IMG/VR virus record: IMGVR_UViG_3300028558_000791
Location: 310,001-374,000 of that record
Reading direction: 5' to 3' (one strand)
DNA length: 64,000 nucleotides
This document shows positions 28,599-38,625 of this stretch, piece after piece; within the stretch, counting starts at the first letter, position 1, and each line of letters opens with the position of its first letter. Both the position numbers and the translations under genes were made by a program. The notes beneath the pieces were generated by a model. That model was not told the origin of the DNA. It saw only the letters and a list, made by a program, of their open reading frames with translations, and ran no database searches.

Positions 28599-29184
28599 TG
28601 ATGGAGGCGATCTGACGCCCATTCCGAATGACAAATACAAAAAGTTCTTCGAAAAGTTTGCTGAGATTGAAACCCTGGATGTGTCGCAATGGAAGGTTGC
28701 TCACATCCTTGGTTATTTCTGCAAGAAGTATAAGCAGACTTATGGGATTGATTACTCCTGGAAGTTCAATAATCAAAGCCCCAATAAGTCCTTCGAGGTT
28801 TGGCAAGCCAATACATTAGCGGCCAAGTTATCTGCCAATCCCAAGATTCTACGAGACTACATAGACTGGGTATACACTAACTATGTGCCCAAAACTAAGG
28901 CTCGTTTCCGTTCAGTTTCTTTCATTACCAAGGATGAGATTGTTCAAGACTACAAGATGAATGTACTGCTAGCAGGACAGAAGAATCTTCAGGTAGATCG
29001 TTCAACTCAACTGCCACCAAACTACATTGAGATTATGAAAGAGATTGGCGGGGTCAATGTCTCCAGTTATGGAGACTTGGCGTTCTTATCACACATGGAT
29101 CCAATGCCAGATAATCTAGCCAAGGCATTAGAGAAGCTTGCTGAGTTTGGATTGGACCAAGCTGTATTGAAGAGGATTGTATGA
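28582..29184 (+). CDS. Hypothetical replication-associated protein
   Basis: Clean ORF between the helicase and the DnaC-like loader; function by context only. Confidence 0.6.
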   Translation: MSKTNDDGGDLTPIPNDKYKKFFEKFAEIETLDVSQWKVAHILGYFCKKYKQTYGIDYSWKFNNQSPNKSFEVWQANTLAAKLSANPKILRDYIDWVYTNYVPKTKARFRSVSFITKDEIVQDYKMNVLLAGQKNLQVDRSTQLPPNYIEIMKEIGGVNVSSYGDLAFLSHMDPMPDNLAKALEKLAEFGLDQAVLKRIV

Positions 29185-29669
29185 ACACTGGACCACTATT
29201 TCTGATAAACAAAGACCAACACGTCAAGTGCTTCTTACGAAGCGGAATGGTGCTTGAAGGAATCGTGGAAGAATACACGATGTCTCAGGTTGTATTGCGA
29301 TCATTAAGCGACGGAAGCTTAATCATTATACATCATCCTGGCGAAGATATAGTGCTGACCAAGGTTATGCCAGACGTTGTGGCACAGGAAGTCCCAGTTC
29401 AGCCAAAAGCTCCAGTAATTCCTAATGACAATCCTGTCAAAGAAAAGCTACAGGAAGTATTGCAAACTGAGGATCCTGAGCTTCAAAAACTAAGCATTGA
29501 AGAACTACGTCAACTAGTTCAAGAGCAGGATAGGCAAATCATTGCTCAGAAAAGAAGAGAACATTTTGGGTCACCCGGTAATGCTAAGATGACCAAATAT
29601 AGTTCACCATACCAGCCAGGGAAGATCCCTTCTTGGGCTTATGGACGTCCGCCTCGTAAGGGAGAATAA
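29181..29669 (+). CDS. Hypothetical protein with N-terminal Sm-like pattern
   Basis: HVKCFLRSGMVLEGIVEEYTMSQVVL; C-terminal coiled region. Confidence 0.55.
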   Translation: MNTGPLFLINKDQHVKCFLRSGMVLEGIVEEYTMSQVVLRSLSDGSLIIIHHPGEDIVLTKVMPDVVAQEVPVQPKAPVIPNDNPVKEKLQEVLQTEDPELQKLSIEELRQLVQEQDRQIIAQKRREHFGSPGNAKMTKYSSPYQPGKIPSWAYGRPPRKGE

Positions 29670-30379
29670 TGGAACCTATTGATTTTATCAGAAGCCGAGC
29701 CCTCAATAACATCCCTGCCAAGAAGCTCCAGGAAGAACTTGACGCCATCAATGCGAGTTCTGATTCAATAGAGGTAAAGCATGTCAAGCTTATCGCAACC
29801 AATAGGTATGCGGAAAGCAACATTCCTATCGAGTATTGGAAACTCAAGATGGAAAAAGACTTCGTTGGAGATCCTCGTCTCAAACAGAAGTATGGCGAGT
29901 ACATTGCTGACCTAAAGCTTTCCCATCAGAGTGGCTCGTCTTTCTGTTTAGCGGGCGGGCATGGTGTTGGTAAAACAATGACCATGGCCTGTATTCTAAA
30001 GAAGGCAAGTCAAAAGGGCTATTCGTGTCTCTATACAACTCTTAGTGATATTGTCAGTGTACTGATTCAAGCTCCGCCAGAGGATAGATTCCTGGCTCGC
30101 CAAGAGCTTATCAAGGTAGATTTCCTAGTCATTGATGAGTTTGATCCTAGATTTATGGCTTCAGAGAATGCAGCCGATCTATATGCAAGAACATTAGAAA
30201 GTATCTTCCGTACTCGTAGCTCTAATAAGCAGCCCACATTAATGTGCACTAATAGTCCAAACGTGGTAGAGAGCTTCCATGGCTCATTGAAGGCTAGCAT
30301 CAATAGCTTGATGAAGGGATACATCAAGGTGTTTCCTGTGTTGGGTGAAGATATTAGACAGCAGCGGGGTGTTAAATGA
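29669..30379 (+). CDS. DnaC/IstB-like AAA+ helicase loader
   Basis: Walker A GGHGVGKT, Walker B LVIDEF, R..R...PTLMCTN; adjacent to DnaB. Confidence 0.85.
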   Translation: MEPIDFIRSRALNNIPAKKLQEELDAINASSDSIEVKHVKLIATNRYAESNIPIEYWKLKMEKDFVGDPRLKQKYGEYIADLKLSHQSGSSFCLAGGHGVGKTMTMACILKKASQKGYSCLYTTLSDIVSVLIQAPPEDRFLARQELIKVDFLVIDEFDPRFMASENAADLYARTLESIFRTRSSNKQPTLMCTNSPNVVESFHGSLKASINSLMKGYIKVFPVLGEDIRQQRGVK

Positions 30380-31785
30380 GTTTCGACGATTTGGAAATGA
30401 GAGTTCTCAAGACCATTACAACAAACAAAAAGTTTGGTCTTGATTTCGCCAATGAAAATGACCCTAAGCTATTCTCGGGTGAGTTGTGGAATTTTGCCAA
30501 TGTAGTAATTGGATACATCAAAACTCACAAAGACCTACCCACTATTCGTGTAATCAACGAAAAGCTATCTAAAGGCAACAACGAAAACTTACTCAAGAAG
30601 ATCAACTCAGTTTGGGAAAGCCTTCAAAAGGTTCAAGCTGATGATAAAGAGTATAAGCACGATCTAGAAAAGATGAAGAAGCGCTTTGCTGAAAAGGCGC
30701 TTATCGATACTAGCGGTATGCTAGGCAAACTAGAGCCTGGTAACATTGATGTTGGTAAAGCAGTTGTTGAATTGCAAAAAACCATTCAATCTATCAAGGG
30801 CCTAAGTCAGACTCGTACGTTCGAGCGTAGAACGCTTAAAGACGATGTGCCATTCTTCCGTGATGAGTACAACGCTAAACTACAAGATCCAAACTTTGAT
30901 GCTGGCATTAAGACTGGATATTCATTCCTTGACCACGTTACTGATGGTTTACGTGGCGGGGAGCTGTTGCTTATCGGTGGTGAGTCTGGTGCTGGTAAGT
31001 CCATGCTTCTAATGAATATGGCGATACAGATTTGGTTGGGCGAAAACAATATCGATATGACGGAGAACTTTTTGCCGGGCAACAACGTCATGTATTTCTC
31101 ATTGGAAATGCCATTCAAGCCTTGCCGTAACCGTGTGCTTGGTAGGTTGTCATCTAATCCAACTAAGTTGATTCGTACGGCCAAGCTGAATAACGAAGAA
31201 GCGGCCAAGCTGAAGAAGGTTTTGAAATTCGTTGGCAACTACCCGAATCAGTTCGAGGTCATTGACATCCCTCGTGGTGCCACCATGGAGAGCCTAGAAC
31301 TAATTTTTGAAGAAGCCAAAGTCATGTATGACCCAAAGGTCATTGTCATCGACTACCTCGGTCTAATGGACTATGAGGGCGGCAAGGAGATGGACGACTG
31401 GCTCAAGCTAGGAAAGATAGCAGAACGTATCCACGAGTTCGCTCGTGTCCATGGCGTAACTGTTCTAAGTGCTGTCCAGCTCAATCGTTCCAAAGGAGCC
31501 AAGGAAGAGGACAAGATTGGTTTACATCGTATTGGTCGTTCCGCTTTGATTATGACTAATGCTAACATTGCCATTCAAATTGAGACTAGAGCTAACGAGA
31601 AAAACTTCCCAGATATGAAGTACCATGTCATCAAGAACCGTGACGGTGAACTGGGTGATGGTCGATTGATCAAGAACCTGGCCTGTGGTACCCTTTTAGA
31701 CGAAAAAACTGAGGAAGATCCTACTACTTTCGAGATGCGTGACCCTGATGATATTTCAGAAAAGATTGAATTATTAGACATATAA
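30376..31785 (+). CDS. dnaB: Replicative DNA helicase, DnaB-like
   Basis: GGESGAGKS, FSLEM, VIDYL, AVQLNR, KNRDG. Confidence 0.9.
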   Translation: MSFDDLEMRVLKTITTNKKFGLDFANENDPKLFSGELWNFANVVIGYIKTHKDLPTIRVINEKLSKGNNENLLKKINSVWESLQKVQADDKEYKHDLEKMKKRFAEKALIDTSGMLGKLEPGNIDVGKAVVELQKTIQSIKGLSQTRTFERRTLKDDVPFFRDEYNAKLQDPNFDAGIKTGYSFLDHVTDGLRGGELLLIGGESGAGKSMLLMNMAIQIWLGENNIDMTENFLPGNNVMYFSLEMPFKPCRNRVLGRLSSNPTKLIRTAKLNNEEAAKLKKVLKFVGNYPNQFEVIDIPRGATMESLELIFEEAKVMYDPKVIVIDYLGLMDYEGGKEMDDWLKLGKIAERIHEFARVHGVTVLSAVQLNRSKGAKEEDKIGLHRIGRSALIMTNANIAIQIETRANEKNFPDMKYHVIKNRDGELGDGRLIKNLACGTLLDEKTEEDPTTFEMRDPDDISEKIELLDI

Positions 31786-31796
31786 TAGAGGTCAAA

Positions 31797-31970
31797 ATGC
31801 AGGACAAAGTAGTGGCGGAAGCCGTCAGAATAGAGTACGAAGAAAAGACCGGAAAGCTGTATATTGTTTTCGAGGTCAAGGACGAAAAGTACAAACAAGA
31901 CATCAAAGCTAATTGGACAAAAGATATAGAATATAAACTAGTAGATAAGTTTTTAGTGCAAGGTGACTAA
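31797..31970 (+). CDS. Small hypothetical protein (57 aa, not in the ORF track)
   Basis: MQDKVVAEAVRIEYEEKTGKLYIVFEV...; GAGG RBS; stop overlaps the next ATG. Confidence 0.65.
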   Translation: MQDKVVAEAVRIEYEEKTGKLYIVFEVKDEKYKQDIKANWTKDIEYKLVDKFLVQGD

Positions 31971-32317
31971 TGAACATAATCCAGATAGAAAATTTGAGGG
32001 CCCTAATCGATTTACAGTATCCTCACATTTGTATATACGAAGGGGACTTTAGACAATTTATGAATATACCTTGGGAGGCAAAACGCTTCTATCCGCTTCG
32101 AACACGAGGTGGCTGGTATGAGAAAAAGGGGTTCTTTCACAATGGTAGAACAACAGTCTGGGCAACTCTTAGCATGAAACAGAATCACATTAAGATTGCA
32201 GACAAAGAGATTCCAACTCTAACTTCAGGCGCCCACTGGACAAAGGATTTTTCTTTTGAAGAAGCAGGAAGTGCCGATGTCATTCGAAGGATGATGAAAC
32301 TAAAGGCTTTCTGGTAA
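31970..32317 (+). CDS. Hypothetical protein with C-terminal RMMKLKAFW tag
   Basis: Translationally coupled ORF. Confidence 0.65.
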   Translation: MNIIQIENLRALIDLQYPHICIYEGDFRQFMNIPWEAKRFYPLRTRGGWYEKKGFFHNGRTTVWATLSMKQNHIKIADKEIPTLTSGAHWTKDFSFEEAGSADVIRRMMKLKAFW

Positions 32318-32326
32318 GAGGACAAT

Positions 32327-32635
32327 ATGCCAACATATGAACATAGATGCGATACGTGTAAACATGAGTGGGAAGCTGATTATTCAATCAAAGCTGATCC
32401 ACCAAAAGAATGCCCTGAGTGTAAAGCCGAGACAGTTACTCGTCTTATCTCTGGCGCTCCAAGGGGAGTAGTTGAATTATATGGCCAAGACCTAGTTGAT
32501 AAGATTAAGTCTGATGCTAAGAAAACTAAAGCCGAAGCTGCAAAAGATGAAAAGGTATATGCTAACCTTCTAGGTGAAGACAGATACCAGAGCATGCAGA
32601 CACAGATAGACCGAAACAAACGCGAGCGCCGATGA
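32327..32635 (+). CDS. FmdB-like zinc-ribbon protein
   Basis: MPTYEHRCDTC...CPEC...RLIS. Confidence 0.8.
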   Translation: MPTYEHRCDTCKHEWEADYSIKADPPKECPECKAETVTRLISGAPRGVVELYGQDLVDKIKSDAKKTKAEAAKDEKVYANLLGEDRYQSMQTQIDRNKRERR

Positions 32636-32859
32636 ATGCATCTCGCCGTGTCCAGTTATCCGCTAGCATGTTAGCCTGTAACTATATTGTTAAGAAATTA
32701 TTGATGAGAATTGCCGAAGTGGAGTCCGATACGGAAACTTCTTTAGATGACAAGGTTTCTCAAATCAAAAACATTAAGGACGAAATAACGAAAGTTGGCA
32801 CGGAAATTGACAGCATAAAAAAAGAGATTACATTGCTAAATGCATATAACGTAAATTGA
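32632..32859 (+). CDS. Small coiled-coil protein
   Basis: Heptad pattern; coupled ORF. Confidence 0.55.
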   Translation: MNASRRVQLSASMLACNYIVKKLLMRIAEVESDTETSLDDKVSQIKNIKDEITKVGTEIDSIKKEITLLNAYNVN

Positions 32860-32865
32860 GGATAA

Positions 32866-33060
32866 ATGCCTACGTACCTGTATGAGTGCTCCGTTCATGG
32901 AGAGTTTGAACATCAACATTCAATAAATGATCAGTTAGAGTGTTGCCCTAAGTGCCAGGCGGAAACCCCTCCAGTGGAAACGAAGGTCAAGAGGCTAATT
33001 GCTGGCGGTAGTGGCTTCATACTAAATGGGAGTGGTTGGGCCAAAGACAACTATAGCTAA
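32866..33060 (+). CDS. FmdB-like zinc-ribbon protein
   Basis: MPTYLYECSVHGEFE...CPKC...KRLIAGGSGFILNGSGW. Confidence 0.8.
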   Translation: MPTYLYECSVHGEFEHQHSINDQLECCPKCQAETPPVETKVKRLIAGGSGFILNGSGWAKDNYS

Positions 33061-33061
33061 C

Positions 33062-33208
33062 ATGAAACACAACGGCAGGGGCAGCGATAAACATAAACTG
33101 GAGCAGGTGATCGAGCTGCTCAAATTCGCTTTGACTCTTGACGATGAAGAGATAATGAAGTCCACCGTTGAATCTGTTATTGAGATTCTTGAAGAAGAAA
33201 TTAAGTAA
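33062..33208 (+). CDS. Small hypothetical helical protein
   Basis: Likely ATG at 33062 directly after the preceding stop. Confidence 0.5.
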   Translation: MKHNGRGSDKHKLEQVIELLKFALTLDDEEIMKSTVESVIEILEEEIK

Positions 33209-33257
33209 GTGAATCGTTACCTTGTAATGTATGAAGACCTAATTTTGTAAGCCCGTA

Positions 33258-33273
33258 TCAATAACAGAGTATA
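33258..33273 (+). promoter_or_regulatory. Putative phage promoter motif TCAATAACAGAGTATA
   Basis: Intergenic upstream of the sigma gene; same spacing as the motif at 994, 36506 and 54872. Confidence 0.3.
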
Positions 33274-33305
33274 CTATTACTTTCGACTAAAGTGAGAAGA
33301 ATAAA

Positions 33306-33935
33306 ATGCTGACAGACCAAGAAGCACATGACCTGATGGTTAAGTTTATCGACCTTAGAACCCAGTTTTCCGAAACTGGAGATTCTAAGATTGAGGCTCA
33401 ACTGAAGCGTCATGAACAAGAGTGCATTGAGAAATTTCGATATCTAGTAACCATGAAAACTGGCCGCTATAAGGCGTTCAGTAATTATGAAGATTTGAAT
33501 CAAGAGGGCTTCGAAGCTCTGATCAAAGCAATGAAAACCTTTAAGCCAAACAAGGGTTCGTTTTTTGCGTGGGCGCACAATTACATTGGTACTCGTATTT
33601 CGAGAAGTGCCAATTTGCACACGACAATTCGTTTTCCATTAAAGGTTGCTAAGGCCAATACCCCACACAAGGAATCTGTAATGCCTGTGCAGGTAGAGGA
33701 ACGCTATTGCCCTGATAAGGAGCTTGAGGAATCTCAAACCACTCATGCCATTCAAGATGCTCTTTCTGTCCTAACCAAAGAACAGAAGGAGATTATTAAC
33801 CTGGCATATGGCTTTGATGGTGACAAGCCTATGTCCATTAACAAGATATGTAAGAAACTAAACATATCTCGATTGAGCTGTATCAAAACGATTAACAGCG
33901 CTCTTTCTTCGATGAAAGAAAACATCAAAATTTAA
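33306..33935 (+). CDS. Phage sigma70-family RNA polymerase sigma factor
   Basis: Region 2 EDLNQEGFEALIKAMKTFKPNKGSFFAWAHNYI; region 4 LTKEQKEIINLAYG...SINKICKKLNISR. Confidence 0.85.
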   Translation: MLTDQEAHDLMVKFIDLRTQFSETGDSKIEAQLKRHEQECIEKFRYLVTMKTGRYKAFSNYEDLNQEGFEALIKAMKTFKPNKGSFFAWAHNYIGTRISRSANLHTTIRFPLKVAKANTPHKESVMPVQVEERYCPDKELEESQTTHAIQDALSVLTKEQKEIINLAYGFDGDKPMSINKICKKLNISRLSCIKTINSALSSMKENIKI

Positions 33936-33992
33936 CCGTCTACTGTATCTACAATATAGGGACTTTAACTTAATTCCTCTAAAGGATGGATT

Positions 33993-36503
33993 ATGCAGGG
34001 ATACACTTATTCTCAGGTTTATGAAGCGTCAATTGAATACTTTGCTGGTGATGAATTTGCTGCTAAGGTTTTCGTTGACAAATATGCTTTGCAAGACCTG
34101 AGCGGAACTTACTTAGAACTTACTCCAGCGGCAATGCATCGCCGTTTGGCCAAGGAGTTTGCACGCATTGAACAAAACTATCCAAACCCTCTTGATGAGG
34201 AGGTAATTTTTTCATTGCTAGATCATTACAAATATATTGTACCACAAGGCAGTCCTATGTCTGCTATTGGTAATCCTTATCAGATGCAGAGTTTATCGAA
34301 TTGCTTCGTGATTCAAGGCGTGCATTCAGATAAGTTTGATTCCTATGGTGGCATCATGCTTGCTGATCAAGAACTAGCCCAAATCATGAAACGTAGGGGT
34401 GGTGTAGGATTAGACATTTCTGGCATCCGACCTAAAGATGTAATCACTAACAACGCAGCTAAGACCACTGATGGTCTTGGCGTTTTCATGGAACGTTTTT
34501 CTAATACCTGCCGTGAGGTAGCTCAGAATGGTAGACGTGGTGCAGAAATGATCACCATCTCTATCAATCATCCTGAAATTGAAACATTCATCAATATCAA
34601 GCGTAATCTCACTAAGGTAACTGGAGCTAATATTTCCATTCGTCTTAATGATGACTTTATGCAAGCAGTTAAAGACGATCAAGGATACACACTACGTTGG
34701 CCAGTAGAATCCTCTCCAGAAACAGCAAGAGTAACAAAAACAGTTAGAGCCAGAGACATATGGGATCAAATCATAGACTCCGCTTGGACATCCGCCGAGC
34801 CGGGTCTTTTGTTTTGGGATACTGTCAAGAAGCATACTCCATCTGACATCTATCATGAGTTTGGTCATAACTCCATCTCCACTAATCCATGTGGTGAGAT
34901 TGTATTACCGGCCTATGATGCTTGTCGTTTGCTCGTTCTTAATCTAGTTTCTTACGTCAATAACCCATTTACCAAAGATGCCGTATTCGATTTTAAGAAA
35001 TTCCATCGGCACACGTTGATAGCTCAGCGTCTAATGGACGATATCATTGATTTAGAGATTGAGTGCATCGATAGAATCCTTGCCAAGATCAAAGCTGACC
35101 CTGAGCCGGACGAAGTCAAGGCAGTCGAACTGGCCTTATGGCACAAGATTCGTAACATGAACACCTCTGGCCGTAGAACCGGTTTAGGCATCACTGCGCT
35201 CGGCGATACACTAGCTATGCTTGGCATCAAATATGGCGCTCCAGAATCTATTGAAGTTACTCGTAAGATTTATCGTGCTTTGGCCGTAGGCTCACACACA
35301 TCTTCTTGCATCATGGCAAAGGAACGTGGAGCATTCCCAATCTTCAATTATGATCTGGAAAAAGATCACAAGTACCTCAATGCTATCTTTGACGATTGCA
35401 CTCGGGAAGTCAGGCGGATGTGGAAGAAGACTGGTAGAAGAAACATTGCCAATACTACTACTGCACCAGCGGGCTCAGTGTCTTCACAGACTCAAACGAC
35501 CTCTGGTATTGAGCCGGCATTTATGCTTTCCTATGTTCGTCGTAAGAAACACAATCCATCTGATAAGAATGCTCGTGTAGACTTCGTAGATGCAATGGGT
35601 GACCAGTGGCAGGAGTTTACTGTGTACCACCATGGTGTCAAGCTATGGATGGAAGCAACTGGTGAAACCGACATCACTAAGTCACCATACTATGGCGCTA
35701 CCTCTAATGAAATTGATTGGGTTGCCTCCGTAGATATGCAAGCTGCTGCTCAAGACTCAATTGATCATAGTATCAGCAAGACTTGTAACTTACCAGAAGA
35801 TATCTCTAAGGATATCGTATCTCAGGTCTATATGAGGGCTTGGGAAAAGGGATGTAAGGGTTTCACTGTCTATCGCGATAAATGTCGTGATGGTGTATTG
35901 ATTAGCTCATCTAAGTCTAATAGTAAGAAAGCTCAAGATGGTAGGCCATTAGAGATTGAAACACACATGGCACCAAAGCGCCCCCTTGAACTACCTTGTG
36001 ATATTAAGAAGGCTAAGGTCCAGGGTGAACAGTGGACTCTTTTTGTGGGAATGTTCAACGGTAAACCATACGAAATATTTGGAGGTTTGTCTAAGTATGT
36101 AGACATTCCAAACAAATACAAAATGGGTAGAGTTGTCAAGAATGGTAAAGTAGAAGATATTACCACTTACAATTTGATTATTGGTGAAGGTGAAGATCAG
36201 ATGTTGATCAAAGACATTGCAAACGTTTTTGAGAATGCTAACTTTGGAGCTTTCACTCGTACTATTTCTCTAGCTTTACGTCATGGTACTCCGGTACAAT
36301 ATGTAGTAGAGCAACTTCAGAAAGATAAGTATTCTGATGTAACGTCTTTTTCTAAAATAGCAGCTAGAGTTCTAAAGAGCTATATTGCCGATGGAACTAA
36401 ATCAACTGCTGAGAAAAAATGTCCTAAATGCCATATGGAAAACAACTTTGCATATCAGGAAAAATGCCTGACTTGTATGGGTTGCGGATGGAGTAAGTGC
36501 TAA
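33993..36503 (+). CDS. nrdJ: Class II (adenosylcobalamin-dependent) ribonucleotide reductase
   Basis: SNCF, GRRGA, EPG, TNPCGE, APAGSVS, TSGIEP, SISKT, KGFTVYRD; C-terminal TSCPD-like domain and CPKC...CMGCGWSKC; no beta subunit nearby. Confidence 0.85.
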   Translation: MQGYTYSQVYEASIEYFAGDEFAAKVFVDKYALQDLSGTYLELTPAAMHRRLAKEFARIEQNYPNPLDEEVIFSLLDHYKYIVPQGSPMSAIGNPYQMQSLSNCFVIQGVHSDKFDSYGGIMLADQELAQIMKRRGGVGLDISGIRPKDVITNNAAKTTDGLGVFMERFSNTCREVAQNGRRGAEMITISINHPEIETFINIKRNLTKVTGANISIRLNDDFMQAVKDDQGYTLRWPVESSPETARVTKTVRARDIWDQIIDSAWTSAEPGLLFWDTVKKHTPSDIYHEFGHNSISTNPCGEIVLPAYDACRLLVLNLVSYVNNPFTKDAVFDFKKFHRHTLIAQRLMDDIIDLEIECIDRILAKIKADPEPDEVKAVELALWHKIRNMNTSGRRTGLGITALGDTLAMLGIKYGAPESIEVTRKIYRALAVGSHTSSCIMAKERGAFPIFNYDLEKDHKYLNAIFDDCTREVRRMWKKTGRRNIANTTTAPAGSVSSQTQTTSGIEPAFMLSYVRRKKHNPSDKNARVDFVDAMGDQWQEFTVYHHGVKLWMEATGETDITKSPYYGATSNEIDWVASVDMQAAAQDSIDHSISKTCNLPEDISKDIVSQVYMRAWEKGCKGFTVYRDKCRDGVLISSSKSNSKKAQDGRPLEIETHMAPKRPLELPCDIKKAKVQGEQWTLFVGMFNGKPYEIFGGLSKYVDIPNKYKMGRVVKNGKVEDITTYNLIIGEGEDQMLIKDIANVFENANFGAFTRTISLALRHGTPVQYVVEQLQKDKYSDVTSFSKIAARVLKSYIADGTKSTAEKKCPKCHMENNFAYQEKCLTCMGCGWSKC

Positions 36504-36505
36504 TA

Positions 36506-36521
36506 TCAATTAACTAGCATT
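36506..36521 (+). promoter_or_regulatory. Putative phage promoter motif TCAATTAACTAGCATT
   Basis: Intergenic, 8 nt before ATG 36530. Confidence 0.3.
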
Positions 36522-36529
36522 GGATAAAG

Positions 36530-36931
36530 ATGAAAGGCACGATACTTCTCGATTATAGCGAGAATACCCACCAGATTGAAGACGAAGAAAAAGCTAGATT
36601 CCTTAAAGGAATTCTAGAAATGTGCTTCAATGACGCTGAAAACGTGAAAACCCAAATTCAATCAATTTGGACTTCGGATGGGGTATTACCAGCTTCCCAA
36701 AAAGTAAAATTGAGAGGTATCCTCGCTACTTACGGCATACAGGTTATAGATGATCTTGACGGCCACATGCAGATATACTTAGAAAATGAGTTAATTGCTG
36801 AATGGCACAAGTGTACCTATAAACTTAAAAGAGACCTGCGTGCTATAGATCCGCGAAAGCGTGTTTATCTTGAAATGGAAGTTAATTGTTGGTCAGTTTT
36901 TGACGACAAAGAGGAACAAGAGATAGAATGA
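36530..36931 (+). CDS. Hypothetical protein
   Basis: Clean ORF coupled to the PhoH gene. Confidence 0.65.
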   Translation: MKGTILLDYSENTHQIEDEEKARFLKGILEMCFNDAENVKTQIQSIWTSDGVLPASQKVKLRGILATYGIQVIDDLDGHMQIYLENELIAEWHKCTYKLKRDLRAIDPRKRVYLEMEVNCWSVFDDKEEQEIE

Positions 36932-38238
36932 GAAAAACTTACGTACTTGATACTAGTACCTTGATCACCGATCCCGTAGCTTACAAATCATTTATGCACA
37001 GCGATGTGGTAATTCCAATCGCTGTTCTTAATGAACTTGACAAATTAAAGAAAGGTTCAAGTGAAGCTGGCAGAAATGCCAGAGTCGCAATTAGATTACT
37101 AGATGAAATCTGCGATAGAGGCGATATTAGCATGGGTATTTTGCTTGATGATGATATCATGCTCAGTGTAGATGCTACCTATCTTGATTGTTCTCAGCCA
37201 CCATATCTTGGATTCGGCGATCCAAATTATGGTGATACTCAAATCCTTGCCTGCTTACAGTCTCACTGGCTCAGACACCCAGAGCGTGATGTTGCATTAA
37301 TTAGTAACGACATCAACTTGCGTGTAAAAGCCAAGTCACGTTCTATTGATGCGGAATCACATGATGGTGGTGAGTATTCACTTAGCGATCTTTACTCTGG
37401 CGCCTCGATAGTCAATCATGAGGATGCTGGTGTGGCCTTGCTCCAAGATGGTAAGATTGATCCGCGTGTCTTTGGCATTAGACTCAATATGCACGAGTGT
37501 GTATTGTTCCAGGCTGACAACGGTGATGGTCTTTGCATGGGTCGTAAGGTAGCGAATGACTGTGTCAAACTAATCCGTAAACAATACCCTTGGAATATCT
37601 CTGCCCGTAATAAGGAACAGAGCTTCGCCATGGATCTAATTATGGATAGAAACGTTGACCTAGTTACCCTAATTGGTAAGGCTGGTACCGGTAAAAGCTT
37701 AATCGTATTAGCAACTGCTCTAGAATTAGTTCTTAGCAGAAAAGAATATGACAAATTCATTATCTATCGTCCAATTCAGCCAGTTGGTAATGACATTGGT
37801 TATTTGCCAGGAACTATGGAAGAAAAGTTGGCCCCATGGTTTAGTGCCATTATGGACAATTTCGAAATGCTCTTTACCACCAAAGCTGGTGGAGACTGGA
37901 AGCGTGAGTTAGAAATGTACCAGAAAAAGGGCAGAATTGAGATGGAAGCTATTACCTATATTCGTGGTCGTAGTATTCCGAATGCTATTATCCTAGTCGA
38001 TGAGTGCCAAAACTTGAGCAAAGAGGATGTAAAAACTATCCTAACTCGTGCTGGAGAAGGTACAAAAATCATCTTGACAGGTGATATAGAGCAGATTGAT
38101 AATTCATTGCTAGATGCTACCAGCAACGGATTAACACATGTTATCGAGAAGTTTAAGGATTCTGAGTTGGCTGGTCACGTTACCTTCACTCAGGGTGAGC
38201 GTAGCAAGTTGGCAACTAAAGCCGCTGAAATTTTGTAA
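36928..38238 (+). CDS. phoH: PIN-PhoH (PhoH2-like) protein
   Basis: N-terminal PIN VLDTS...ELDKLK...SNDINLR; GKAGTGKS, GYLPG, RGRS, DECQN, GDIEQID. Confidence 0.9.
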   Translation: MRKTYVLDTSTLITDPVAYKSFMHSDVVIPIAVLNELDKLKKGSSEAGRNARVAIRLLDEICDRGDISMGILLDDDIMLSVDATYLDCSQPPYLGFGDPNYGDTQILACLQSHWLRHPERDVALISNDINLRVKAKSRSIDAESHDGGEYSLSDLYSGASIVNHEDAGVALLQDGKIDPRVFGIRLNMHECVLFQADNGDGLCMGRKVANDCVKLIRKQYPWNISARNKEQSFAMDLIMDRNVDLVTLIGKAGTGKSLIVLATALELVLSRKEYDKFIIYRPIQPVGNDIGYLPGTMEEKLAPWFSAIMDNFEMLFTTKAGGDWKRELEMYQKKGRIEMEAITYIRGRSIPNAIILVDECQNLSKEDVKTILTRAGEGTKIILTGDIEQIDNSLLDATSNGLTHVIEKFKDSELAGHVTFTQGERSKLATKAAEIL

Positions 38239-38247
38239 GGAGTTTTC

Positions 38248-38625
38248 ATGACTAAGAAGAAGAATTCTCAACCAGGAGCACCTGAAGTAGTATTGACGCC
38301 AGATGAATCCTCGGCTGAAGCACCTACTACCAATGTGAATGGCGTCCCACTTGGTTCTGTAGTTCCAATGACAGTGCCAGGGGCCCCAAGCAGACTAACC
38401 GATATGGATAGAATGGCCTTGGAACTAGCTAGACAACAAAGACTAACCACTTTAGCTGAAGCTAGAGCTGCCGTTGCTCAGACTGAAAAATCTGAGTTAG
38501 CCTATAAGTATGTGGTCCTCCAATTGTATATGAAGTACGGCCTAACCGATGCTGATGCCATTAGCGAAGCTGGTGATATTATCAAGGGTGGCGCACTACC
38601 TCAGAACCAACCAAAGCAGCAGTAA
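38248..38625 (+). CDS. Hypothetical protein
   Basis: AGGAG RBS; helical C-terminal half. Confidence 0.65.
   Translation: MTKKKNSQPGAPEVVLTPDESSAEAPTTNVNGVPLGSVVPMTVPGAPSRLTDMDRMALELARQQRLTTLAEARAAVAQTEKSELAYKYVVLQLYMKYGLTDADAISEAGDIIKGGALPQNQPKQQ

Noticed and set aside
30376-36503. Inteins or introns in DnaB or the ribonucleotide reductase
   Set aside because: Motifs are contiguous, lengths are ordinary, and no intein splice-junction or homing-endonuclease motifs are visible.
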